From IMG/VR virus record IMGVR_UViG_3300030104_006170: a DNA stretch of 64,000 nt; one strand, given 5' to 3'. Position 1 is the first letter of the stretch. The number at the start of each line of letters is the position of its first letter. This stretch comes from a virus (lineage: Duplodnaviria; Caudoviricetes). Positions 10,396 to 20,165 of this stretch are shown piece after piece. A program made the position numbers and the translations under genes. The notes under the pieces are model-generated. The model saw nothing but the letters and a program-made list of their open reading frames with translations. It was not told the origin of the DNA and made no database searches.

Positions 10396-11105
10396 TGAAA
10401 GTTTTAGTTTTAGGTCATAAAGGTATGTTGGGTCATATGGTATCAAAATACCTACGTGATAATAAGGTAGAGGTTGTCACTAGTGATGTGAGATGGCCAG
10501 AATCCCCTTTTAAACGAGATATTAAATTAGATTATGTTATTAACTGCATTGGTGCTATACCCCAAAGAACCAAAACTTTTGATATAAATTGGCACCTTCC
10601 GATATGGTTAGACTTTAATTCTCCTTGTAGAGTTATTCATCCTGGTACTGATTGTGAAATGGATGACGATGATTATGGTAAATCTAAAAAAACCGCTGCC
10701 GACTTTCTAAACTCAATTGGGACCCAAACTAAAATACTAAAGACTTCTATTATTGGTCCAGAACTAAACAGTAACTCTAGTTTATTGGAGTGGTTTTTAT
10801 CACAAAATGAAGATGTTTTTGGTTATACTAAAGCTATGTGGAATGGGAATACCACACTAGAGTGGGCAAAACAATGTCTTGCCCTTATGACTGTTTGGGA
10901 CGATTATCCAACGGAAACAATATTAGAAGGTCAATGTGTGAGTAAGTATGTATTGTTGGAGACTATTAATGGTGTTTTTGGGAAAGGGTTAACTATAAAT
11001 CCTAAGGAGGATGGTAAGGATAAATGTCTTACAGGTAGAATTAAAACTGACAATATCAAAGAACAATTAGAAGAACTAAAAAAATATTATTATGATAACA
11101 ACTAA
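10395..11105 (+). CDS. RmlD-like NDP-4-keto-6-deoxysugar reductase
   Basis: VLGHKGMLG, IHPGTDC, YGKSK, TSIIGPEL, LLEWFL, WNGNTTLE. Confidence 0.75.
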   Translation: MKVLVLGHKGMLGHMVSKYLRDNKVEVVTSDVRWPESPFKRDIKLDYVINCIGAIPQRTKTFDINWHLPIWLDFNSPCRVIHPGTDCEMDDDDYGKSKKTAADFLNSIGTQTKILKTSIIGPELNSNSSLLEWFLSQNEDVFGYTKAMWNGNTTLEWAKQCLALMTVWDDYPTETILEGQCVSKYVLLETINGVFGKGLTINPKEDGKDKCLTGRIKTDNIKEQLEELKKYYYDNN

Positions 11106-12003
11106 TTTAACGGGTAATTTAGGAAATCACATGTGGCAATATGCTGTTTGTAGAACTATAGCAGAAGAACTAGGGTATGAATGGGGTATTAACCCAACGC
11201 CTAGTCACGATTATTTTAACGGTGCAAATCAAATGGATTTTATGGATGTAGATTTTGGTATGGTGGTAAGTGGTATTGTTAACGAATATCATGAGCCTTG
11301 GAAAACCTACCACCATGTAGACGCTGTAAACATAACAATGTTAAACTCTAGTTTATATGAAATAGATGATAATACCATTTTAATAGGAGATAATGGAGCG
11401 AAAGGTGGTATATATCAATCTGAAGAATATATTAAAGATAGGAAGGATGATATTTTAAAGTGGTTTAAGATAAAAGACAATAAAAAGAAAGAATACAATA
11501 CTAAATTAAATGAACTAGGAGTTACCTTAGATGAAAATACTTGTATTATTAATTTTAGAGGTGGTGAATATAGAGGTATACCTAATGTTTTATTACGTAG
11601 AGAGTATTGGCGAGATTGTGTGAATTACATGTTAACTTTAAATCCAAATATGAATTTTGTGGTAGTTACTGATGACCCACCAACAGCCTCACAATTTATG
11701 CCTTTTCAAATGAAATGTATTCACATAGACGTAGGTTTTGATTATTATTGTGTTAACCAAGCTAAATGGTTAATCATATCCAACTCAACGTTTGGGTGGT
11801 GGGCTGCATGGTTAAATGAAACTTGTAACAAAATTATAGCTCCCAAATATTGGGCAAGACATAATGTTAGTGATGGTTATTGGGCAACAGGTGACGCTTA
11901 CACCTCATGTTTTAATTATATGGATAGAGAAGGTTCTGTATCTGATTTTGAAACTTGTAAATCTGAAGCATTAAATTATTATAAATTAAAAAATATTATT
12001 TAA
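11092..12003 (+). CDS. GT11 alpha-1,2-fucosyltransferase-like protein
   Basis: GNLGNHMWQYA, YQSEEY, INFRGGEY, IISNSTFGWWAAWL, IIAPKYW. Confidence 0.85.
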   Translation: MITTNLTGNLGNHMWQYAVCRTIAEELGYEWGINPTPSHDYFNGANQMDFMDVDFGMVVSGIVNEYHEPWKTYHHVDAVNITMLNSSLYEIDDNTILIGDNGAKGGIYQSEEYIKDRKDDILKWFKIKDNKKKEYNTKLNELGVTLDENTCIINFRGGEYRGIPNVLLRREYWRDCVNYMLTLNPNMNFVVVTDDPPTASQFMPFQMKCIHIDVGFDYYCVNQAKWLIISNSTFGWWAAWLNETCNKIIAPKYWARHNVSDGYWATGDAYTSCFNYMDREGSVSDFETCKSEALNYYKLKNII

Positions 12004-12867
12004 ATGGGAAAAATATATGATTGTTTTAATTTCTTTAATGAGTTAGACATTTTAGAACTAAGATTAAATATTCTCTACGAACATGTAGATTATTTTGTAA
12101 TTGTAGAATCTACAGTTACTCACTCTGGCCAACCTAAACCTTTTTACCTAGAAGAAAATAAGGAACGTTTTTCTAAGTTTTGGGACAAGATTATTAGTTT
12201 TAAAGTATCTGACACACCTGAAGATTTTGTTAACCTTACTAACACAGGATTTTTCGACGCTGAATTAGATAAGGTACACTACTATATCCGTACACAAACT
12301 AATAGGTTTGATAGGCGTACACAAGTAGATTATGGTAGAGATTTTTTTCAAAAAGAATCGGTTAGAAGAGCTCTAGTAAATTGTAATGAAGATGATATAA
12401 TTATTATATCAGATGCTGACGAAATACCAAACCCAGAAATACTTAAAGATTTAAAGTCTCTTTCTTTAGATAATACAATATATTCCCTCTCCCAACCAAT
12501 GTATTCTTATTACTTAAATATGTTAAGTGATTCGGACTGGCACGGTTCAAAAATGGGTCTATATAAAAACGTAAAAGAATTATCTTTTAACGAAATTAGG
12601 GGTGATTCAAACCTAACAACTAAATTGACTAATGGTGGATGGCATTTTAGTTTTATGGGTGGTGAAGAAATGGTGAAAACAAAAATAACATCTTATTCGG
12701 CTAGGGATTTAGTCAATGACCAAGTCCTATCAAGTATTAAGAGTAATATAGAAAATGACCAAGATGTTTTTTTTAGAGGTAAATTAACAAAAGTAAAATT
12801 AGACGAAAGTTTTCCAGAATACGTATTAAATAATATACCATATTATAGTAAAATGATTAAAGAGTAA
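12004..12867 (+). CDS. GT17 (MGAT3-like) beta-1,4-N-acetylglucosaminyltransferase family
   Basis: YDCFNFFNELDILELRL, VDYFVIVES..THSG..KP, ISDADEIP, GGWHFSFMGG. Confidence 0.85.
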   Translation: MGKIYDCFNFFNELDILELRLNILYEHVDYFVIVESTVTHSGQPKPFYLEENKERFSKFWDKIISFKVSDTPEDFVNLTNTGFFDAELDKVHYYIRTQTNRFDRRTQVDYGRDFFQKESVRRALVNCNEDDIIIISDADEIPNPEILKDLKSLSLDNTIYSLSQPMYSYYLNMLSDSDWHGSKMGLYKNVKELSFNEIRGDSNLTTKLTNGGWHFSFMGGEEMVKTKITSYSARDLVNDQVLSSIKSNIENDQDVFFRGKLTKVKLDESFPEYVLNNIPYYSKMIKE

Positions 12868-12871
12868 CTCT

Positions 12872-13648
12872 ATGATTATTAGTAAAATAATGGGTGGGCT
12901 AGGTAATCAAATGTTTCAGTATGCTTACGCAAGAAATTTATCTAATTTAAATAACACTAACTTTTATCTAGATACCTCGTTTTATAATAATCAAATTGGT
13001 GTGACCCCTAGAGTGTTTAGTTTAAATTCTTTCCCTAAAGCTTCTATAAATATAGAAATTCCACAAGTAGAAAGTATCCAAGTCATTAATGACAACTTTA
13101 AATATGATTCCACCAAATTAATTAAGGGTACCTGTCTATTACAAGGTTATTGGCAAAGCGAAAAATACTTTAATGACTCTAAAAATTTAGTACTAGAGGA
13201 CTTTTCTCCTGATGAAACCAATAGAAAAAAGTTACTTAAAAAATACCCTAAAGTAGGGGGTAATACAATATCTTTACATATTAGAAGAACAGATTATTTA
13301 ACATCTAATGGTTATCATCCAGTACAAACTATTGATTATTACAATAAAGCTATAGATATTTTAGGTACATATGAAAATATTTTTATATTTTCAGATGATA
13401 TAGACTGGTGTAAAAATAATTTAAATTTCAAAAATATGGTTTTTGTTGAGGGTAATAAAGATATAGAAGATTTATGGTTAATGTCTTTATGTAGAAATAA
13501 CATTATAGTTAATTCTTCTTTTAGTTGGTGGGGTGCTTATTTAAATAAGAATGTCGATAAAATAGTTATTGCTCCATCTAAGTGGTTTGGTGATGGTGTT
13601 ACCTTAAATACTGAGGACATACTACCAAAAAAATGGATTAAACTTTAA
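12872..13648 (+). CDS. GT11 alpha-1,2-fucosyltransferase
   Basis: GGLGNQMFQYA, GYWQSEKYF, LHIRRTDY, IFSDDIDWC, NSSFSWWGAYL. Confidence 0.92.
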   Translation: MIISKIMGGLGNQMFQYAYARNLSNLNNTNFYLDTSFYNNQIGVTPRVFSLNSFPKASINIEIPQVESIQVINDNFKYDSTKLIKGTCLLQGYWQSEKYFNDSKNLVLEDFSPDETNRKKLLKKYPKVGGNTISLHIRRTDYLTSNGYHPVQTIDYYNKAIDILGTYENIFIFSDDIDWCKNNLNFKNMVFVEGNKDIEDLWLMSLCRNNIIVNSSFSWWGAYLNKNVDKIVIAPSKWFGDGVTLNTEDILPKKWIKL

Positions 13649-13652
13649 TAAT

Positions 13653-14636
13653 ATGGGTACGAATAAAACAGCTTTAATAACAGGGATAAATGGTCAAGAT
13701 GGTTCATATCTTGCTGAACTACTTTTAAAAAAAGGTTACAATGTTTGGGGTATATTAAAAAGAAATTCTGTTTCTGAGAACCAGACAGCTAGAATACCGG
13801 AAAACATATACCAAAAACTTAATTTAGTTTATGGTGATTTATTAGACATCCCATCTTTAATTAATGTATTACAGAAATCTAAACCAGATGAGGTATATAA
13901 TTTGGCGGCACAATCACATGTGAGAATAAGTTTTGACCAACCAATTTACACAACCCAGGTCACAGGATTAGGTACTCTAAATTTATTAGAAGCTATAAGA
14001 TTAACCAACCCCAACATTAAAATATATCAGGCTAGTTCTTCTGAAATGTTTGGCAATAATATAGATAGTGATGGATACCAAAGAGAAACCACACCAATGG
14101 AACCGGTATCACCATATGGGTGTGCAAAAGTTTTTTCTTACAATATTTGTAAAAACTATAGAAACTCATATAATATGTTTATTTCAAATGGGATTCTATT
14201 TAACCATGAATCACCAAGGAGAGGTACAAACTTTGTAACTAATAAAGTCGTTAAAGAAGCTGTAAAAATAAAATTAGGGTTATCTAATGAACTTAAATTA
14301 GGTAATATGAACGCCAGTAGAGATTGGGGACACGCTAAAGATTATGTAAAAGCGATGTGGTTAATGTTACAAGAAGACTCCCCGGCTGACTACGTATGTT
14401 CTACAGGGATTTCACATACGGTTAAAGATTTGGTAGAATATGTATTTGGTTCATTAGAATTGGATTGGGAAAAATATGTGAGACAGGATAAAAAGTATTT
14501 ACGACCTGAAGAATTAGAACATTTAAAAGGCGACTGTTCAAAAATAAAATCAGAGTTGGGTTGGTCACCTAACTATAATTTCGAATCTATGTTAGATGAG
14601 ATGATTGAATATTGGTTAGAGTATTATGAAAAATGA
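13653..14636 (+). CDS. gmd: GDP-mannose 4,6-dehydratase
   Basis: ALITGINGQDGSYLAELLL, YNLAAQSHV..SF, YQASSSEMFG, NGILFNHESPRRG..FVT.K, RDWGHAKDYV. Confidence 0.97.
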   Translation: MGTNKTALITGINGQDGSYLAELLLKKGYNVWGILKRNSVSENQTARIPENIYQKLNLVYGDLLDIPSLINVLQKSKPDEVYNLAAQSHVRISFDQPIYTTQVTGLGTLNLLEAIRLTNPNIKIYQASSSEMFGNNIDSDGYQRETTPMEPVSPYGCAKVFSYNICKNYRNSYNMFISNGILFNHESPRRGTNFVTNKVVKEAVKIKLGLSNELKLGNMNASRDWGHAKDYVKAMWLMLQEDSPADYVCSTGISHTVKDLVEYVFGSLELDWEKYVRQDKKYLRPEELEHLKGDCSKIKSELGWSPNYNFESMLDEMIEYWLEYYEK

Positions 14637-15576
14637 TATGGAAATAATGGATGTTGGTGAGGTACATGTGAAAAGACCTAATTTATTAGTTACTGGTGGT
14701 CATGGTTTGGTCGGTAGCCAAATTAGTTCTGGTATAAAAATAGGTAGTATTGTAGATTTAAGAAATTCACAGATTTGTGATGCTTTTTTTAATGACACAA
14801 AACCCATAAACGTTGTTCATTGTGCAGCTAAAGTAGGTGGTTTAGGTGGTAATATGAATCTAAAGGGTGAGTTTTTTTACGACAATATCATGATAAATAC
14901 AAATGTGATAGAATCCTGTAGAAAATATGGGGTAAAAAAATTAGTTTGTTTTTTATCAACTTGTGTTTTTCCAGATAATGTAGAATACCCATTAACAGAA
15001 AAAAAGATACATCTAGGTGAACCCCATAACTCTAATTATCCGTATGCATATGCTAAAAGAATGGCAGATATACAAATTAGAGCATATAGAGAGCAATACG
15101 ATTTAAATTATGTATCTGTAATACCAACTAATATATATGGACCAAACGATAACTTTAACTTAGAAAATGGACATGTAATACCTTCATTAATCCACAAATG
15201 TTATTTAGCCAAAAAAAATAATACCCCTTTTAAAATATGGGGAAGTGGTAAACCACTTAGAGAATTTATATACTCAGAAGATGTTGCTAAGCTAACTGAA
15301 TGGGTTTTAGAGAATTATAATGAAGAAGAACCAATTATATTATCTACGTCTGAAGAAATATCTATTAGAGATGTTGTTAAATTAATAATTAAACATATGG
15401 ACTTTAAAGGTGATGTCATATGGGAAGATGAGAAACCTGATGGACAATTTAGGAAACCTAGTGATAATAGTAAATTAATGTCTTATTTACCAGATTTTAA
15501 ATTCACTAGTTTAGATGAAGGATTAAAAAAAACAGTTGATTGGTTTGTATCAAACTATAAATTATGTAGAAAATAA
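14626..15576 (+). CDS. fcl: GDP-L-fucose synthase (GDP-4-keto-6-deoxymannose epimerase/reductase)
   Basis: AAKVGGL..N, FLSTCVFP, YAYAKR, PTNIYGPNDNF, HVIPSLI, WGSGKPLREF, KPDGQ.RK. Confidence 0.95.
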   Translation: MKNDMEIMDVGEVHVKRPNLLVTGGHGLVGSQISSGIKIGSIVDLRNSQICDAFFNDTKPINVVHCAAKVGGLGGNMNLKGEFFYDNIMINTNVIESCRKYGVKKLVCFLSTCVFPDNVEYPLTEKKIHLGEPHNSNYPYAYAKRMADIQIRAYREQYDLNYVSVIPTNIYGPNDNFNLENGHVIPSLIHKCYLAKKNNTPFKIWGSGKPLREFIYSEDVAKLTEWVLENYNEEEPIILSTSEEISIRDVVKLIIKHMDFKGDVIWEDEKPDGQFRKPSDNSKLMSYLPDFKFTSLDEGLKKTVDWFVSNYKLCRK

Positions 15577-15586
15577 ATAATTAAAA

Positions 15587-16330
15587 ATGGGAAGAAGAAG
15601 TAAAAAATTAAGTAGAGAGGAACAAATGGAGGTAGAAGAATGGATTTACCAAAATAATACCGAAGAAAAAAGACTTTCGGACACTATGACGATTAGTGTT
15701 AAGTGTAAAACAGAAAACCAAAAATCTCTGGTTAACGCTATAAAAGAAAAAGAGGTCATAATTTGTTCTGGACCAGCTGGTACAGGTAAAACTTATTTAG
15801 CGTGTGCTGAAGCACTAAAACTAATCAAACGTTACGCTAAATATAAAAAAATTGTAATTGTAAAATCTGTAACCACATTAAAGAATGAGGAAATTGGGTT
15901 TCTTAAAGGTGGTTTAAGAGAAAAAATGGAACCTTTTATGTTTTCATTTGTACATAATTTTGAGAAGTTGGTGGGACAAGCTATAACTTCTAGACTTAGA
16001 GAATTAAAAACTATAGAAGAATTACCTATTGCTTATATGAGAGGTATTAATTTGGATAGGTCTATTATTATTATAGATGAGGCTCAAAATATATCACAAG
16101 AAAATATAAGAACTATTATGACTAGGTTAGGTAAAGATTCTAAAATGATATTCTTGGGTGATGAAAGACAACAAGATTCTAAAGGACATAATGGACTGAC
16201 CTTTTTAATGGACCACTTCCAAGACATAGAGGAGATTGGGTGTGTTCAGTTTAATAAATCAGACGTGGTAAGAAACCCATTAATAGCTAAAATAGAAAGG
16301 GTTTTTGATTCTTTACATATTGGTAGATAA
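15587..16330 (+). CDS. phoH: PhoH-family ATPase
   Basis: GPAGTGKTYLA, GFLKG, PIAYMRG, IIDEAQN, TRLG..SK..FLGD..Q.D, DVVRNPLI. Confidence 0.95.
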   Translation: MGRRSKKLSREEQMEVEEWIYQNNTEEKRLSDTMTISVKCKTENQKSLVNAIKEKEVIICSGPAGTGKTYLACAEALKLIKRYAKYKKIVIVKSVTTLKNEEIGFLKGGLREKMEPFMFSFVHNFEKLVGQAITSRLRELKTIEELPIAYMRGINLDRSIIIIDEAQNISQENIRTIMTRLGKDSKMIFLGDERQQDSKGHNGLTFLMDHFQDIEEIGCVQFNKSDVVRNPLIAKIERVFDSLHIGR

Positions 16331-16345
16331 TAATTAGGTTTAAAT

Positions 16346-16918
16346 ATGATAATTAGTGTAAGTATAAACGGTGTATTAAGAGATATTTTGGGTAAGTTCG
16401 AACAAATTTATGAAAAATATAGTGGTAAAGAGGTAAAATCTCCGGTAATAACACCTGACTTGATGGAGTATGTGGATTTTAAAGATGATGACGAATTATT
16501 AGATTTTTTATATAATGATGCAACTATGGAAATATTTGGTCAGGCAAAAGAAACAGAAAATAATGTTATTTCTCACTTAGTAGAACTTTACAAAGAAATG
16601 CCTGTAGATTATAAATTAAGAATAGTTAGTGATGATTTAGGTAAATCTAAATCTGCCACATTATGGTTTTTATCTAAATATGGTTTAGTTTGTGATGAAA
16701 TAGTTTTTTATACAACCGATACCATATCCGAATTATGGGATAAGAGTGATATTTTTATAACTGCAGATACAGACATAATAAATAATAAACCAAAAGATAA
16801 AAAATTAATAATAATAGATAAGTGTTATAATGAAGGAATGAAAAGTGACTTGAGGATTAACACACTAAGAAAAATAAAATCGTTAGAAAATGCCTTTGAA
16901 AAAAACACTATCATATAG
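16346..16918 (+). CDS. HAD-fold 5'(3')-nucleotidase-like protein with degenerate catalytic motif
   Basis: N-terminus ISVSINGVLRD aligns by eye with the I.IDIDGVL.D motif, but both Asp are replaced. Confidence 0.45.
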   Translation: MIISVSINGVLRDILGKFEQIYEKYSGKEVKSPVITPDLMEYVDFKDDDELLDFLYNDATMEIFGQAKETENNVISHLVELYKEMPVDYKLRIVSDDLGKSKSATLWFLSKYGLVCDEIVFYTTDTISELWDKSDIFITADTDIINNKPKDKKLIIIDKCYNEGMKSDLRINTLRKIKSLENAFEKNTII

Positions 16919-17192
16919 TAAACTAAGACTTAAGGTTGGTTCCGAACAACTTTATTTTGATGTTGATGAATTAATGACTAACATTGAAATGGCGGGAAGT
17001 AAGGATGGTAAACCTACTGTAGAAATAAATTTACCTAAATTTGAGTTTTTTAAACTTATGCTAGATACCACCTGTGGTATTGTGGAAGAGGCTGATGAGA
17101 ATTTAGGTGTGGTGTCAATGAATAAATTATCTTTACCTTATAAGTTGGCTCTTAATACATTAATAAAATATAATATAATTAAAAAACTATAA
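16890..17192 (+). CDS. hypothetical protein
   Basis: ORF tiles the operon; no recognised motif. Confidence 0.6.
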   Translation: MPLKKTLSYSKLRLKVGSEQLYFDVDELMTNIEMAGSKDGKPTVEINLPKFEFFKLMLDTTCGIVEEADENLGVVSMNKLSLPYKLALNTLIKYNIIKKL

Positions 17193-17196
17193 TTAA

Positions 17197-18264
17197 ATGG
17201 AAATGGAAAAACAATTATCCCAGTTAAAGTCTGGGTTGTCAAAAATGGAAAACAAAGAAGCTAAAATTTACTTTCTAACTCAGGATACGGAGGGTAGAGC
17301 GATAGCTTCTGTTAACTTAAACTATCAGTATGTAAAGTATTTAAAAGAAGCGGGATTTAACGCATACATTCTTTACGAGAAAAAAGAATACAAGGGTGTT
17401 GGTGATTGGTTACCTAAAGAGTATTCAGAATTACCACACGCTAACATAGAAAGTGGTGAACTTAAAGTAGGACCACAAGATTTTGTAATTATACCTGAAT
17501 TATATGGTCACGTATTAGAACAAATAAAAGATATGCCTTGTACTAAAATGATATTCTGTCAAGCTTATGACTATATTTTAGAAACTTTACAACCTGGATT
17601 TAGTTGGGTTAATTACGGTGTAACAAAATGTATTACAACTACTGAATCACAAAAAGAGTATATTTCTGGTCTTTTTCCTTCAGTAGAAGTTAGTGTTATA
17701 AAACCTTCTATACCTGAATACTTTAAACCTTCTAAAAAACCTAAAACTCCTTTAGTAGCTGTTCATACTCGTGACCCTAGAGAAACTATGAAAATTATAA
17801 AAGAATTTTATTTAAGAAATCCACAATTTAAATGGTTAACTTTTAGAGATATGAGAAATATGAGTAGAGAAGAATTTGCTAAAGTATTAGGTGAAGCTTG
17901 TGTTGGTGTTTGGGTGGATAGAATTAGTGGTTTTGGTACATTCCCTTTAGAGGCTATGAATTGTAATACACCTGTTATTGGTAACTTACCTATTTTAAAA
18001 CCTGATTGGATGTCCCAAGAAAATGGTTTATGGGTTTACGACGAATCTAAAATTGTTGAGGTTTTGGGTAACTACGTTAAGAACTGGTTGGAGGATAATT
18101 TACCATCTAAACTATATGAAGAAATGGCAAAAACAGTCGTCCCTTATAAAGAAGAAGATGAACGTAAATCAGTAATTTCTTATTTTACTAACTTATTTAA
18201 TGAAAAAACGGAAGAATTTAAAAATTCCATAAACAAATTATCCCCTGTGGGTGTAAACGCTTAA
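17197..18264 (+). CDS. GT4-like glycosyltransferase
   Basis: DFVIIPE.YG, FCQAYDY, SGFGTFPLEAMNCNTPVIG (E-x7-E-type region). Confidence 0.75.
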   Translation: MEMEKQLSQLKSGLSKMENKEAKIYFLTQDTEGRAIASVNLNYQYVKYLKEAGFNAYILYEKKEYKGVGDWLPKEYSELPHANIESGELKVGPQDFVIIPELYGHVLEQIKDMPCTKMIFCQAYDYILETLQPGFSWVNYGVTKCITTTESQKEYISGLFPSVEVSVIKPSIPEYFKPSKKPKTPLVAVHTRDPRETMKIIKEFYLRNPQFKWLTFRDMRNMSREEFAKVLGEACVGVWVDRISGFGTFPLEAMNCNTPVIGNLPILKPDWMSQENGLWVYDESKIVEVLGNYVKNWLEDNLPSKLYEEMAKTVVPYKEEDERKSVISYFTNLFNEKTEEFKNSINKLSPVGVNA

Positions 18265-18269
18265 AAGAT

Positions 18270-19067
18270 ATGAATAATAAAGATGTAACAGTTATATTAC
18301 CTATACATAGTGTAGATGGTAAATTTGATGAATGGTTTTCTAAAGCCATAAAAAGTTTAGAACAGACACAAGTAAAACCGGGTTATTTATATTTGGTTTG
18401 TGCTGATGATAAAGAAATTAAAAATTATATGGAATCCTGGACACAACCAGAAGGGTTAACAACTAAAATACTATATAATGGAGGAGAAACTGATTATTGT
18501 AGTCAAATAAATTTTGGTGTTGAGTCTTGTGAAACAGAATTTTTCTCTATTTTAGAATATGATGACGAATATTCAAATATTTGGTTTAAACAATTTAATG
18601 AATACGTAGAGGCTTATGAGGATGTTGATTTATTTTTCCCGTTAGTTGTAGATACTGATGAAAATGGACAGTTTATAGGTTTTACTAATGAGGCTTTATG
18701 GGCAATGGGATTCTCTGAAGATTTAGGATATTTGGATAATAACACACTATTAAAGTACCAAAATTTCCAAGTGAGTGGTATGATAATGAAAAAAGATAAG
18801 TTTGAAGAGGTTGGTGGTTTAAAACCTTCTATGAAACTAACCTTTAATTATGAATTTTTATTACGTGCTACATATAATGACACTGTTATCATGACCATAC
18901 CTAAGGTAGGTTACAAACACACTAATCAAAGAGCAGATTCTTTGTTCTGGGATTACAAATTTAATAAGGATAAACAACTAACACCAGATGAGGCTAAATT
19001 TTGGATTGAGTTGGCTAAAAAAGAGTATTTTTTTACTAAAGATAGGAAAGTAGAATATTCAGTATAG
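18270..19067 (+). CDS. GT2 glycosyltransferase
   Basis: VTVILPIH, YCSQINFGV, ILEYDDEY, DYEF/NYEFLLR-type motif. Confidence 0.75.
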   Translation: MNNKDVTVILPIHSVDGKFDEWFSKAIKSLEQTQVKPGYLYLVCADDKEIKNYMESWTQPEGLTTKILYNGGETDYCSQINFGVESCETEFFSILEYDDEYSNIWFKQFNEYVEAYEDVDLFFPLVVDTDENGQFIGFTNEALWAMGFSEDLGYLDNNTLLKYQNFQVSGMIMKKDKFEEVGGLKPSMKLTFNYEFLLRATYNDTVIMTIPKVGYKHTNQRADSLFWDYKFNKDKQLTPDEAKFWIELAKKEYFFTKDRKVEYSV

Positions 19068-19069
19068 TT

Positions 19070-19774
19070 ATGGGACGTAAACCACTAACTAAACAATATT
19101 TTGGGCCTGAACAGGAATTAGCTGTCCGTATATTTTTGACAGCTACTACCTGGGAAGAAAAAAATACTGTTTACAATACATTCCTTCGTGACCCCTTAAC
19201 TAAAATGATTGATAGTATTATTAGACGTTATAGGTTATATAGACCCAACATGGAATTTAGAGATATACATGTAGATACGTTGTCTTTTTTGGTTACTAAG
19301 ATGGAAAAATTTAAACCCGCAAAGGGAAAAAAGGCCTATTCTTATTTTGGCACTATTTGTAAAAACTACTTAATGGGTCAAATAATGAAAGATAATAGAG
19401 ATAGGAATAGAAAAATTTCATATGAAGACATATCTTATAGTTTAGAACAAGATGTGAAATATTCTTATGAAATATTAGAGGACGATGAATTACCTTTAGA
19501 AAAAATAATTCATTCATTAGTTGTAGAAATAAAACAGTTTATAAATGAAAATAGATTAAATATAAACGAAGAAAAAATAGGTTATTGCCTTATAGACGTG
19601 TTTGAAAATTATAAAACTATATTCATAGCTGGAAAAGGTAATAAATTTAATAAGAACGTAATACTTTATCAGTTACGTGAGATGAGTGGTCTAACGACAA
19701 AAGAAATTAGGGCTTCTTTAAAACCTTACAAAAATATATATAAAGATATCCTAGGGTCATTAGTAAACCAGTAA
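19070..19774 (+). CDS. Phage sigma factor, T4 gp55-like (candidate late sigma)
   Basis: Sigma region-2-like KFKPAKGKKAYSYFGTICKNYL; directly precedes the first late-motif gene. Confidence 0.7.
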   Translation: MGRKPLTKQYFGPEQELAVRIFLTATTWEEKNTVYNTFLRDPLTKMIDSIIRRYRLYRPNMEFRDIHVDTLSFLVTKMEKFKPAKGKKAYSYFGTICKNYLMGQIMKDNRDRNRKISYEDISYSLEQDVKYSYEILEDDELPLEKIIHSLVVEIKQFINENRLNINEEKIGYCLIDVFENYKTIFIAGKGNKFNKNVILYQLREMSGLTTKEIRASLKPYKNIYKDILGSLVNQ

Positions 19775-19779
19775 TAAGA

Positions 19780-19787
19780 TATTTATA
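19780..19787 (+). promoter_or_regulatory. candidate phage late promoter TATTTATA
   Basis: 3 nt before ATG 19791. Confidence 0.6.
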
Positions 19788-19790
19788 GGT

Positions 19791-20165
19791 ATGCCTAGAC
19801 CTAAAAGAAAAGAAATAAAATTAACTCATGAAAGTGCTGTATCTCTAATGCAAGAGATTTACAATGAATGTGTCGAGCAGCGTAGTACAGCCATTAGAAT
19901 CCAAAATAAAATGATTGGATTTATGAAAGAGGCTGCCGATATGGCTTTAATTGGTCCTGTACTTAAAGAACAACAAAAAATTATCGACTCTTCAATCGAT
20001 AAAAAACTACAATTATCAAAATTATTGGCTACTATTGTTTCTAAAAGTATGGAAGATGCTCAAAGTCCACATTCTTTAGGTGAAGATATTAAAGAATCCA
20101 TCAACCAGTTACTAACCCAATCAAAAGATGGTGATGGTGATAATACTATTAAATATAATATGTAA
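19791..20165 (+). CDS. hypothetical coiled-coil protein (small terminase subunit possible, unverified)
   Basis: Helical/coiled-coil composition; late motif 3 nt upstream. Confidence 0.55.
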   Translation: MPRPKRKEIKLTHESAVSLMQEIYNECVEQRSTAIRIQNKMIGFMKEAADMALIGPVLKEQQKIIDSSIDKKLQLSKLLATIVSKSMEDAQSPHSLGEDIKESINQLLTQSKDGDGDNTIKYNM

